DNA from: Tubulanus polymorphus
Taxonomy: Eukaryota > Animalia > Nemertea
NCBI RefSeq assembly: GCF_964204645.1
Contig: NC_134029.1
Coordinates: 9,946,850 to 10,010,849 of the forward strand
DNA: 64,000 nucleotides
Direction: 5' to 3'
Both the position numbers and the translations under genes were made by a program. Below the pieces are notes generated by a model that had not been told where the DNA came from, searched no databases, and saw only the letters and a list, made by a program, of their open reading frames with translations. The first letter of the stretch is position 1; the number at the start of each line of letters is the position of its first letter. Positions 37,601 through 50,320 of the stretch are shown here, piece by piece.

Positions 37601-38063
37601 ACCGCGACTAAAGCAGTAGCCTATGTGTTCATTCCGTCAGTCAAGAAAAGGGTACATTCAATCGGTTGGACCAACATTAATTGCGAGACAATTTACAGCA
37701 TTATAAAACTTTCGACCAAATGGAAGATATTAAAGATTCCGGATTAAATTGGGAATTGCATAAAATGGTGAAACTACAATAGGCCTATATCGAAATTCAT
37801 GGAGCTATACAATCAAGGAAACTTCGAAATTGTATCAAAGTTAAAAAGCAATACTGTCAGCCATGTCATTTGGACTCAAAAAACCGAAGACGATAAAAAC
37901 AAACTATTTGAGAAGTTTATGAAAGCCACAATAAGGCCAACAAAACCAATGAATAGGCTACAATGACGTCAACAGATGGTCTGCTGACTATTCCTAAAAC
38001 CGGAAATATTGCCAAAAAACCAGGTCAGAAGAAGCGCGTAAAAAGTGAAAGAACAGCAAATTG
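34620..38063 (+). mobile_element. Multi-exon OTU (vertnin-like) plus MULE/Mutator transposase element, decayed
   Basis: OTU block SANGDCLFNSVSVALVGDE..LRLRTAVEL and WIPDYFVP (34756-35340), acidic small exons, MULE core IGPLFLH..GSDEEKAL..LCHRHL..N and WTN..CE (37170-37720). Confidence 0.72.
36085..36482 (+). repeat. Tandemly duplicated exon-intron unit within the OTU-MULE gene
   Basis: AACTGTTCCTCGGATAACCTTCTTTCAGTTAATGG occurs twice, and CAGGACTGC.GGAACCTCCTAATGAAGACC..GGACAATTCATC occurs twice. Confidence 0.85.
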
Positions 38064-38145
38064 AAAAATTCGAAGCCGGAAATTGAGGTTAATAGACATA
38101 TATATATATATATCAGTGATGTACATGTTAACGTTTGTATAATTT

Positions 38146-38530
38146 CGTTGTAAATTTCGGATCTGAGAAACAGTGAAATGTTCCTAATGTCATTTGTAAA
38201 CTTGTAAATTTGTATATATTTTTGTAATTAATTAATTCACTGAAAAATGTTAAAGTATTTCTTTGCAAATGTATTGTAGCTCTACGTTGGCCTATAGGCC
38301 TATGTTTTTGATGACAAAGTTCAAACTATCAAACTATCAACCGTTGTAAATTTCAGATCTAAGAAATATAGTGAAATAGGCCACTGTAAATTTGTATATA
38401 AGTATATATTTGTAATTAAAAATTCAATGAAAAACGTTAAATAAGTATTTACTTTGCAAATGTGTAGCTCTACCGTAGGCCCTACTCGTTTTTGATGACA
38501 CTAAAGTTCTAACGATCAAAACTATCAATC
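38146..38530. repeat. Diverged tandem duplication of about 190 bp
   Basis: CGTTGTAAATTTC.GATCT.AGAAA..CAAACTATCAA at about 38146-38340 and 38342-38530. Confidence 0.75.
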
Positions 38531-39440
38531 GTGTTCAAATAGATGAAAAATAAAAGTTAGGCCTATTACTTTAAATTTAAGAATTTTTTATCCGTTTTAG
38601 TGAGCTTCTCATATCTGGTAGGCGCTTGGACGGCGCTGTGGTCGGCTTTTAGTAGGAGCCCTCAGAAATCATTTTTTTATCAGGGTTTGTACCCTATAGG
38701 CCTACTACTTCTAATATTTATCATTTACACATTCTTACAATCACCATATAACTGTGCATAATTTACTGTCCTAGATTTACATTACTAAACATTTCTGTGC
38801 ATTACACATATTCACTTCATTTGTTAGTATATTTGAATACAAAGATAAAAAATTCGATTGTTTTTTACTTACATAGTTAGGCCTCCTATTTGTACCGTGT
38901 ATTTCAAATGACCACAATCACCACTACGACGATCACTACGTTTGGCGCTACGTTTATCTGGATACCCTTTCACACGCTGATCATTTGGTCGGCTCTGTTG
39001 ATAGGCCTAGGTCTCCGCACAAAATCAACAGAATTTGAATTTGATTGTAATCAGTCAGCGTAAGGTTTTGACGCCTCCACAAGCATAATTCAATTCAATA
39101 TATTCCTATATTTTAAACGAATAATCACAATCAAATATATATCGTAACCGGTTTATATTCATTGCTTGCACTACTGCAAAGCTGAATATGATGGCTGTAT
39201 ATTTCTATGGGGTTGTCATCAAAAACTTGCTTCTCAAACGCTGATAAAATGCTATATACGGCGTCTATAGTCCTAAGCGCTTCTATCGCGGTGTCTTCAT
39301 AAATTAACCAGGAAATGAATGAATTGAAAATATTGAAAAATATCTTGTTGTTGTTAGGCCTTGTTGTTAACTACAGAAAGCTGTTTAGAATCAACAAAAA
39401 ATTTCTTGCTGCGGAGGAAACGGAGAGATAGTAGAACGCG

Positions 39441-42400
39441 ATGGCAAATCTGTTGAACCAAGCGGCAGTCGAAGCGTTGTGTTCGGCAACGTATCTGGAA
39501 CATTATCTCGACTGTTTAGAGTCGCTTCCCGATGATTTGCAGCGCAACATGACTCAACTGCGAGAGCTCGATCTTCAATTTAACGGTGAGGAGGTGAAAG
39601 AAACTGAATAAAACCCTATCCTATCAATTCGAAACAAATTGACATATTTCTACTGACTTGCTCCGTCGAGTAAAGACGAAGTCACGCCCATAGGCCTACC
39701 TCGGAATTACAATCTCAGAGAGAGGACCTCAAGTGGAACCTCCACATATCAAGTAGGCCTATCGCTAAAAGAGCTAACTGTACATTAGGGTTCCTTCGCC
39801 ATAACTTACGGAAGTGTCCTATGCAGAGTAAGAGGACTGCATATATTTCACTCGTCCAATCTGTTGTCGAATATAGTACTGTATTCAGGGATCCGTACCA
39901 GACCGCTGACCAAAACCGCTTGAGTTACCAAGCCTACTAGTTAGTTACCTAATCGTTGGTGGTAAGCTTTTTATAATCGGATGGGCTTATACCAACGTTA
40001 GGGATGACAAGGACCAAAACGCGGTTGAAAAAAGTAACACTTCAAAAATATACTTTCTATTCACTTCAGTCCACAATTAATGGCTTAATTCACAAACTAA
40101 CACAGGTACCTTTCGAAATAATCCAATTTTATGTATGTTTCGAGTGATTAATCAACATTATTTTGAGAAATTAATTAATTTCTCCACAAATTTCGCCATT
40201 GGCCGCCATTTCTCTGTATTGCATATGTGGCATGATAAGACAAGGGGACCTACAAGGATTTATATAAAACTTCCAAGACGAAACGACAATTTTCATTTTT
40301 GATGGTTTTCCAACTTTTATTTCAAATCTTCGTGTTTTCCATAACAAATAATGAAATAGTAAATTTCTGGTAAAAGAAAAATGGGAATAAGTGTTGATTT
40401 CTTAATTTTTTTTAATTTCGTCGTTTCGCTTCGTTAGTTTGTGCTGTTGTCCTGGCCTCAGTCCACAGGTGCCAGCACCTCCAGTAATTTTCAAAATGGC
40501 AGCTGTTGACTGGACGGAAATTTACTCTCACTTTACGGCCGATTTGCACATGGATTAAGATCGTCAGGTGAGGTGTTATAGGTATCAGACAAACTACGAA
40601 TCTGTTGTGCGTCGATTACAACAAAAATTAGACAGATATCTTAAGAGACAATGAAATGCCAGGCAAATTACTCGTCAGTCAAATTGGCTGACGAAGATTT
40701 CATACAAAAATGACCTTCCCATTCCTGACTGTGGTTTGTGAAAATATCCGATCGTGAAACTAAACCACAGACAGGTTACTGACTACAAGCCTACCAACCA
40801 GACGGACGAATCTCCGACTGAGCTTTTTGTACAAAGTGACAAATGGGTTGGTCCCGGCTATGCCCCCTGATCAATTTCTGCAGGCTCCAAAATCAGGAAA
40901 AAGCAGGGATGAAAATCTTCCGTCCATAGACGGATTTCCGACCTTTTCTAACATTTTCTTTATTCCTGGGAACAGTGTAAATCACCTCAATCGCTTTACC
41001 AAAATCGGAGAAACCAATATGGCATCTCATTCAAAAAGCGGCTCTAATTCAGGCCCAAACTATTAACATTTTTACCAAAAGGAAATAAGTTTTTTAGCTA
41101 AAAGTTACTGATTTTTGTTCCCCAAAAAAATTCTTTTTTAAAAAAAATATTTTCCAACTTTTTCAATATGGGCCGTTTTCATCCCTGAAAAAGGGCCATA
41201 TGAGCTAAAACCTACAAAGACTTAAACACGGACAACGTTGTTCAAAGTTAAACGTCAAACAACGGCAAACCCTTCGTTGTCCCGAGGCCAAACATAGCTC
41301 AATACCGAAACTCAATCTTCGTCAAATCCGTCCTCCACTGGAATCAACTGGATGAACAGACGATCCAGGCAAAAACCGCTGATCAATTCCAGCGTATGAT
41401 TGGCCTGCACTTTGACTAAAAATCCCCTCCCCGTTGCCAGGTGCCTTATCAGGGCGTACTCCCAACTACTTCTACAGATAAAACTTGATTTGGTATAATA
41501 ATCAAGGTCAAGCATTAGAGTACGTAGGAATAAGTAAGCTAGAGCGTAAACTGGGTAGCATCCTCCCGCGCTCGGCAGAGGCATTCGGACCTGATTGATG
41601 TCATCACTTCACCCAGCCTCGGCACAAACCCCTGCCACCCTAGACCCGGTGTACCACACAAAACCCCTAACCCCTTCTCTAGGGACCGTAATCCTAACCC
41701 TCCAGACCCAAACCCTATCGAAGTCCAAACCAAGAATACTCCAAAATATTCACTTCCTACAAGATGACGTTAATTCGGGCTTGAACCCACCAACTGCTGC
41801 GTGTTGTAGGCCTAGTGTTTGCAAGTGCAGCATTTTACCACTGGGTCTATTCTACCCAAAAGTTTTAACAATTTTAAAGGGCAAATGCTGTCAAAATTGA
41901 AGTTTCCACGATTTCTTAACCAGAAGAAACTTAAGTATTATAAAACGACCTGAGATCTGACTCAAAAAAGTATCACCAATTAGCCGTGAATTAGTAATTT
42001 ATTTATCCTTCACTTTGTGCGTATAGTTCACATACAACCCGCATTGGTGCTATTTATGATGTTATCTATGACAATCAACACAAGCACGTGTGCGCGCTAG
42101 TATGCGAAACCTACGTAAAATCGATAAAAAAGAGATCTTTTGTTCACCGTATTCAAAGACCTACAGCGCTACTCATTTACCATTATCATGTCATATACAA
42201 CGGTAGCAACTGTATACGATGGTAAGGGTTTATTAATTCAAATCACTCCCAAAACGATAAAATATCGCATGAAATGTCTAGTGAAATGACTGGAAGCCGC
42301 GACCATTTGTCAGAGATGACATCAGAAACACGCACCGGCTTACATAAACAATAACAGAGAGCACATGCTGAAATTGCCGGTTTAAAAGTTGTATGTCAGG

Positions 42401-45400
42401 AAAATTTGCTATTTTCTAAAAATTGTCTTTTTTCTTGACTTTCCGTCTCTCAAAAAAATTGGTTATTATTGTAAAAATCGCTAATTTTGATTTTATTGGT
42501 TTTACTGCTCTTTTCTCAGAACGCCAGATAAATTCCCTACTTTTCTATGAATCGCTATTTGTTACTTCTCGTGTGAAAATTTGCTATTTTTGATTTTATT
42601 AGATCGGAATTTTAATCAACACATGTTATGAAACCTGATTGTCTGGCTTTAGGCCTAGATAATGTTATTCAATGTGAAGCTTTATGTTCCAGATCTGTTG
42701 AAAGATATTGATTATTACCGTGAGAACTATCTGAAGGAAACTGAGGGTTCGATGAAAAAACGTGCTGTGCTACAAGTACAACGAGCTTTAATCAAATGTC
42801 AAGAACTAGGTGATGAAAAACTACAAATTGTTGCTGAAATAATTGAACACATTGAAAATAGATCGAGGCAGTTAGATCAAGACCTTGAAAATCTTGGTAA
42901 GTGCTTCTCAATAATGTGTTTATATGGGGTCTATTCAAGGCCTTGAAATCTTTAAGTCTTGGTCTTTGAATGTTTCTGAGCCCATAATCACTATCCTGAC
43001 CTAAATCCATAGTATACGCTATTGATGAATTTTCCTTGGTGCCAAGCAAAGCATGCCCGTAGCCAGTCATGTCTTTGAGGGGGTTCGACTTTCGTGGAAC
43101 TTTTTGTAAGGTACCAGGATAATGTCGGGTCCTGGGAGTACTCGCGCAGAACATTTTTTAATTTTTAATATGAGATGCAAAGAGAAGCAATTTCACAACT
43201 TCTAGCATATTTGGGGTGAAAATTTAGCTTCTTTTCCCTACATTTTGGCCTCAAATATCATCTAAGTTTGGAAGCATGTGCATGTTTTGAAGTAGAACGA
43301 ATGAGAAAGTGTTAGCAATGAATGTCAAGTGAATGTTTTGAAATCGATGCTCAAATTTTCTTGAGGTCGGTATCTGGGCAGGACTTCCTCAATGAGTGGG
43401 GAAGAGGTTCCCCCCTCCTACACGGGCCTGCAAAAACTGCATGATGGGCTCCTTTGTAAGATTGTTGAAGCATATTCATGATTAATATTGTCGGATTCTG
43501 AGCTGCCCTGTATTAACATATTCGCCTTAATTATGAGAATTCATCCTTTTGTAGGTTTTACTGCTAAGGTCGAGACTAAAGGTATTTACATTATTTAAAG
43601 AATTTAACATGAAACATACTTTAGAAAAGATGGAATTTTCCAGTAAAAGCAATTAAAGTATTCCTGCATAGAATTGATAATGTTTTATATTGTTTGCATA
43701 TCTCATTCACATTAGCAATCTAGTTAACACCAAACCCCAAATTTCGGTAAAAACTGCTCTATAAAAGCAGAACTGATGTTCGTTGTAGTCGCCCATAGCT
43801 CTAGTACTGCCACTGGACACCGTAGTCTAGAGTTTGACTTACTTAAAATGGCTTTCCTTTTTAAATAGTAGATTCCCCGATTGTCATTAAACCTGTCGTC
43901 GAAAAAGAAAAAGTTGAATCTCCTGTCGTTGTTGTCAAACCGCCAAAAATAGTCGAGGAGAAGGAAGTTCCGGAGAAAATAATGCCCGGCCATAAACGAC
44001 ATCGCCGCCAACGAACACATCATGACAGTGTGTCAAAAGAGGAAGATCAAAAGGTAAATATTTCACTTTCAGTTGGGCTTCGTACCAAATCTTATGTTAT
44101 ACCATTTTTTAGTGCATCAGCATTGAAAATGTCAGAATTAGGTACATCGAAATTAGGATTAAATTGATCAGGTTTAAATGGTTCGCCTACCTAGTAGCCT
44201 AATAGAGGAGTGTATTCTGAAATGATTGATTAGGAGGTGTACCGCTGTTGCATCTTCCGTGAAGTATTGTTTGTTACTACGGTTTCACAAGGTTTGAAAG
44301 GTGCTGTCATCTTTTAATAGAGATTTTAACTATCTAACAATTAAACCTTTAAGGGTACACAGTTGGGTAGATTAAATTAGGGCAGTTATGTAGCACATAG
44401 CGGTGTACATGCAGTGAGGGTTAGTGCAATTTGGCAGTAACATATTGAAGCTCTTGAGTTTCACAAGGTTTGAAAGGTGCTGTCATCTTTTAATTGAGAT
44501 TTTAACTATCTAACAATTAAACCTTTAAGGGTACACAGTTGGGTAGATTAAATTAGGGCAGTTATGTAGCACATAGTGGTGTACATGCAGTGAGGGTTAG
44601 TGCAATTTGGCTGTAACATATTGAAGCTCTTTAGTCCTTAATGGCGGAGGTAGCAAAGGCAAATCCAGGTTCTTCTAAGGGGAATGTAGGTTTCCCCTTG
44701 CATGGTTCAAAATCAGTCACAGGCTGAAAAATACTGGCTTGTTAGAGGGTAAAGCATTTTTTTGCAGAATGTCAGTAGGTTTTGCTTCGCATGGCTTTGT
44801 TCCTTGTTGCTGTAACATATTTGGTTGCTTTGCATTGTATTTTAGGACACAGAACCTGAAGATTCAATACTTCTGTTGCCACGGCGACGCAAGCGACGTA
44901 GCCAGCTGTGGTTGCATCGCCCAAAAACACTCTCCGATCAGGTTACAAACCTTGTTAAGAATATTCATTCCATTGTTGGTTCAGTTCTTGTGTGTTGCAG
45001 TTTTTTCTTGTAGGATTTTCTCTTAACCTGGTTTTCGGTCTTTTCTTACCGGTAAACTAATATTTCTACGAGTTTCCTGGAATACTAAAATCAGTTCAAG
45101 GAATCTTTAGGCCACACCAAAAGAAAATCTTGTTTCCCGGGCCCAACTGACCCGATATTGCATCATTTCAAATGATTATTTTCAAAATATAGTAAAATTG
45201 CCCACCGACCCTATTTCAAAACTTCAGATGAAATAACTTCTTTCAAAAATAGCCGACCAACTACAAAGCTCTTCATTCTTGTAAATGAAATATTTTTTTC
45301 TTTCATATCAAATCGTGATGTTGGCACTGTCATCATAAAAACATTACATCGGATTTAACAATTTGATTCTGGAAATGGTACAACTGTGCTCAGACAACTT

Positions 45401-48400
45401 TGCTTATCAGACATTGAATTGTAAAGTTCCAGGAATTCCGTATAAAATATAAGCATTCAAGATTTCCATGTTTTTCTTTTCATAAACAGTCTCCAAGTGT
45501 GAAATATGTTCAAAATATAGTTGTTGTTTTTTTTTTTAGTTTATTGTACAAAAACCTCAACTTCCATTCATTTTTCTAGCTGCTAATCATATTTTTAACT
45601 GGAAATTTGGTCATGTAAAAGATAATTTACGGCAACCATCCCACTGTCAGATTTTTTTTCTGTAAAAAAAAAATCTCTACCTACCTACCCATTTTGGTGA
45701 TTGTCCCGTCCGGGAAAACAGGATCTTTTGGTGTGCCCTTAGGAGTTTTAACCCTTTTACCTTAATTTTGTGTCGGCTCTAAAGTATTTAGAAATGCACA
45801 GCTATAGAACTATGTACCACCTGAAAAGCATCTCATTTTTCGGTTGGTCCCGTAGATACTGTAGTCTCGATGAGAAATTCATAACGGACTCAATAGCTTC
45901 TAATTGAGACACCAGCATCCTGAAACTTGCTCAGGTTTCATGCAACCTTAGTCATCATTCCTTGGGGGTTGAATTCTGGAAATATTGGTTAGCTAAATTT
46001 CAAAATGGCACAGTTTTTGCATGTTTTGTTCGGAGATTTGTTGATGAGACAAGTACCCCACCTGGAACCTAAACATAGTACGACAGCACATCGAATGTGT
46101 TAACTCCTTCGGGTGTAGAATTTTCATGGCTGCCTTAAGCTAAAACTTCTATTGTATACCATTATCCCCTTAAACTATAGTGAACTGACAAAATGTTCCT
46201 AAAATTTCTTAGTTACATGTAGGCCTATTTTGAAAAAAGTTTGCACAAGGATTTAATAATATTGTTAACAAACTAACACTTTTGTTTAATTTTGAAAGGT
46301 TTTTTTTGCTAGGGATCATCATTTGTTATGAAGTCTTGAATAAATCACTTCCGTGTTTATAAGGATGCTAAGGGACGCTTGTCCATGGGTGTAAAATAAC
46401 ATTCCATGTAAGTTCATAATTAATGGATGACTCCTGATTGGATATCGAAAAGTACTAGTATCTTTTAGGGCTAACAGCCCAAGCTCAAGATTTCATTATT
46501 CAATCTATTAAATATACAGTGTTTCGGGATGTAGAGATGTCTGCTGCATGCCTTTATCTGTTAAATTTGTATGTCTTTGTTCCTGTCGAATAATGAAGTT
46601 GCATTGCCATTCTCTAACTGCTACTATAGGCCCATTTTATTTTGTCAATTCCGCCAATTTTTAAAAAATCACATTTTCCTCGAAGGCAGCGGTGGATTTA
46701 GGGTACCTCATATGCCTCACATGAAGCACTCAAAAATCTGAAATGCCCTTCTTGGAATAGCAGCAAAAATTCTACTTTTCAAACGCAAAATTGCCTTGAA
46801 GGTGTGCATCTAATAATTGTTTTCTTTGGATCCTGAATCATGTTTCGAATTTTCAATCGTACGGGATGAGTATTTTCCAGAAAGGGAGGGCAGCCTGAAA
46901 GTGACAAAAGGGCATTGCGTGTACTGAAAAAACATGTTGAAAATTAAAGGCATCAGAATCGAAGAATATCAAGTATAAATATTTCAAGGACCCTTAGAAA
47001 TTTCCATTTGCCTTGCCGCTTCAAAAATTATGCCCCAGTAGGTAGATTCTCAAATTGGAATAAGGAAATTTGCCTTCAAAAAAAGGAAAAATAGAATCTT
47101 TAATCTGGAAATGGGCAAATTAAGGACATCTGATTTTAACTCTTTCTGAAATTTTGTGTGTTTCCTGCTAAAATCCTGGCTACAGGCATGTGGAAATAGG
47201 CACATAAGACGAAAAAAGTAAAATGTAAATGGCATCGCTGTAGTCCGGTCTCTTACAAAAAAAACAAAAATGGTTGAAAATGACTTCAACTGTGCATTGG
47301 AGTTGATTCCTAATGTGCCTCTTTTAAAGGGCCATCTACACGAGAGGAAAAATCCTTTATTTTCAATCTACACTATCTACACAAGATGGGCCTTAAGTGC
47401 CTTTTTTTCAGGGCAAGGCATTCAAAATTGGACCCTGGATCAGCCCCTGGGAGGTTAGTTCCAAACAGTTTTCTCAGTTAATAACCTAATCAAAATTCAA
47501 TTAGATTGTACCAGGGACAGCTGTATATGGTGGGGTAAACGTTATGTTACACGTCACGTGATTATTTATGAAGTTGTATGATGCTTCAATTGTTTCTTGG
47601 CATTGTCAGTAATGAACATTACCGGTACATGTTATGTAGCATAATTTTACAGTGTACACACTGTTCCATAATTCCAAAGGCAATCAATCTGGTCAAGTAT
47701 CATTTTCAAATGTTATTGTGGTGCAATGATGGTGGAATATCTTTGTTAACTCCATAGGAAGAGAAAGAAAAACCAAAGAAAAAGAAGAAACGGAAGGCAA
47801 AGAATACAAATAACAAGAATACAGGTGGTGATAAGTCACCAACGATTGATCTTCCAATTGATCCAGATGAACCCCTATACTGCATTTGTCAACAGGTGAG
47901 TTTTGTAGAAGATTGAATTAAATCAAAAATACATTAAAAGACATGTTTCGATCTCACCCTAGAGATCATCGTAAGGTGTGACTTTTGCAGTGCAAAGAAT
48001 GTGCCCAGTGTGCCACATAGCAGCAGAACTAGGTATTGAAAACGTTTTAGCGAGATAACCTTGAAGTTGACCTGATTACTTAGGAACAGAGTTGAAATTC
48101 TAAAAGTTGCCTTATTAGCTAATGGCCCTAGGTACGACATTTCCAAAATGCAATGCGAACTAATGCGTGGGAGTTGCCTCATGCATATGCCAGTGACTGT
48201 GGCTTGTGGTCAAATGGTGCTTGCGACCTTAGAAAATTTTTAATTACAAACAATTTGGATTGAAAGTCCTAATCCAGGATCTGGGGCGCCCCAGGTTTTG
48301 ACATCTGGGGCATTTTTACAGGCAAGTAAAATCGATTAGGATTTCTCAGTTTATTGAGATTGTTATAGAGTACGGGGGGGTAAATGTGCAGCCTGCAATA

Positions 48401-49355
48401 CCAAGTTCCACATTTCTTTTGTCAAAAGTAATTCTAGTATTAAGTTTTCTACCAGTTTTATTCTAGAAGTAAAACGTAGCCGACAAACGTGGAACAAAAT
48501 CCATAGATTCTCATTTCTGTAGTAGGCAACCATATGGTGTAAAATATCGATCGAATCGCTCCATACGCGATTTAGATTAGGCTAATCTATTTACTCAATC
48601 AAGTTTGTAAATGTAACCATTCGACAAATTTGATAATCAAATCTTTCTTCAAAAAGACAAAAACAAATGGCCAATCGGATTAGCATAATCGACTGCTCGT
48701 AACAATACCTCTGGTCTACTCGATGACACATTAAGTAAACGTCCCAATTAAATTATTTACAGTAAATGTAAATCACAGTCCCAATTACATCAAGTATGGT
48801 GGAGTTTAATGCGCTTGAGTTTATTTGTGCATTGTCCCTGTAAATGCCTGTAGGGGTCATTCATTTATTACGTACGCATTAGGGGAGGGGAGGTGAGGGG
48901 TCAGTGCATGCGTACTGTAATGCTTAATGTATATGAAAAAATTGCTGATTTTGCGTACAGAGGGGGAGGGGGTTGAAAAATTCAAATTTTATGCATACGT
49001 AATAAATGAATGATCCTATACCGGTTGATGTGATTCTATATAAATCTTAACAGAAAAATAGGAAGTTCTTCTAAATGCATCTAAATTTGAGTAGGTTTAC
49101 CAAATTGCCTGGTACATCAAATGGGGAATCTAAGACTGTATGAAGGTGTTTATTTTGCAGGTATCGTTTGGTGAAATGATCGGCTGCGACAACGATAACT
49201 GCGAAATCGAATGGTTTCATTTCCTCTGCGTGGCACTCGTGAATAAGCCTAAGGGTAAATGGTACTGTCCTAACTGTCGTGGTGATAAGAGTAACGTCAT
49301 GAGAAAAGACATTAAACTAGCGCTTGAACAGAATCGCGATAATAACAAGAAATAG
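39441..49355 (+). CDS. ING1: Inhibitor of growth protein (ING1/2 ortholog): N-terminal ING domain, NLS, PHD finger
   Basis: Five in-phase GT-AG exons: 39441-39585 ([19 protein letters not shown]), 42693-42896 ([19 protein letters not shown]), 43869 or 43872-44053, 47758-47895 ([22 protein letters not shown]), 49161-49355 ([35 protein letters not shown]). AATAAA at 49904. Confidence 0.93.
39938..40785. mobile_element. Non-autonomous TIR element with 9-bp TSD
   Basis: TSD CAAGCCTAC (39929-39937, 40786-40794), imperfect TIR TAGTTAGTTACCT / AGGTTACTGACTA. Confidence 0.7.
40904..41187. mobile_element. hAT-like MITE with 6-bp TSD
   Basis: TIR CAGGGATGAAAA / TTTTCATCCCTG, TSD AAAAAG on both sides. 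Confidence 0.8.
44282..44631. repeat. Near-perfect 176-bp tandem duplication in ING intron 3
   Basis: Copies start at 44282 and 44458, with only a few substitutions. Confidence 0.93.
45110..45738. mobile_element. PIF/Harbinger-type MITE
   Basis: TIR GGCCACACCAAAAGA / TCTTTTGGTGTGCCC, TTA on both flanks. Confidence 0.75.
48853..49016. mobile_element. Small MITE (Harbinger-like TIR)
   Basis: GGGGTCATTCATTTATTACGTACGCA / TGCATACGTAATAAATGAATGATCC inverted termini. Confidence 0.75.
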
Positions 49356-50179
49356 CATTCGCTTCGTTCGTAAGATTTGGAAACAAACCTCGACTTCCAG
49401 GACCTTGGTTGTAGGCCTACTGCCGTTAACATTAAGTTCAAAAGTTGTTTTGTATCTTCAAGGCATGTCTTACATTGTTGGATAGACTATTAGTATAAAA
49501 TGATGGGCTTATACTGGACTTAAAATCTTAGCAATGCGGGTTCATGTGGATTATCCCAGGTCATTTGCGATATGCTCATCATTGAAAAGAAATATTCAGG
49601 TTATCTTATTCAAAGCGATGCTGATTTTTAAACTTGTTGGCATTCAGAATTTCAATTATGTGAATGCTGTGGTTGAGTAGGGCTGTGTTCCTTCGACTTG
49701 ACCTTTCTGGCATTTATCATCGATGAATCTATACCTCGGCATTGAATTTGCAGAATTTTGCATGTTGTATGCATAAATCTTTCAAGACAAGTTAATACAC
49801 TTGTTACTATGTTGATGGTAAAATGTGCATATCATGATAATATCTGACATCATAATTTTTTGTAATGTACATCAAAAGATTGGTTAATATTTGTAAATTT
49901 GTTAATAAAATGGTATTATAAGAAAATACTTTGTGTATCAGTGTTCCTGTCCAATTGATCCTCTTTTAATTCGTCAAGGAGTTGCCCACTTATCACCTCA
50001 ATTCACAGTGAATTCAAATCAATAGATTGATTGATTGTTTAATTGGTTGATTTACAAATCCATACAATACATAATAACTTCGTTGATTAGAATCCGGATT
50101 AGCCGGTTGTTGGCTATACCAAGTTTTTCGTTGAGGTTTCACATGTGAGAGGAGTTCTGGAATCATGAGCATCAAATTG

Positions 50180-50320
50180 TAGAGCAGGTTGGACGAGTGG
50201 TAGTTCGAGTCTGTGAAGCAAGGTCATGATGCCCCGTTCATTACCGTAGTGTCTCTGGGCAAGAATACACTTCTCATTGCCTTTCTCCACCCAACAGTTT
50301 AGAAGGTACCTAGCCTACTA
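50180..50320 (+). repeat. Degenerate tRNA-derived SINE with a V-domain-like centre
   Basis: GTTGGACGAGTGG / GTTCGAGTC boxes, then GTGTCTCTGGGCAAG..CTCCACCCA..GGTACC. Confidence 0.45.

Larger units (their letters stand above)
39600..41480 (+). mobile_element. CR1/L2-group LINE 3' fragment in ING intron 1, split by two MITEs
   Basis: [48 protein letters not shown]. Confidence 0.7.

Noticed and set aside
41630-41720. Interstitial telomeric repeat
   Set aside because: Only scattered, degenerate CCCTAA-like units; more likely part of a small repeat element.
46687-47449. hAT-like MITE (CAGCGGTGGATTTAGGG / CCCTGGATCAGCCCCTG)
   Set aside because: TIRs are degenerate and no TSD could be identified.
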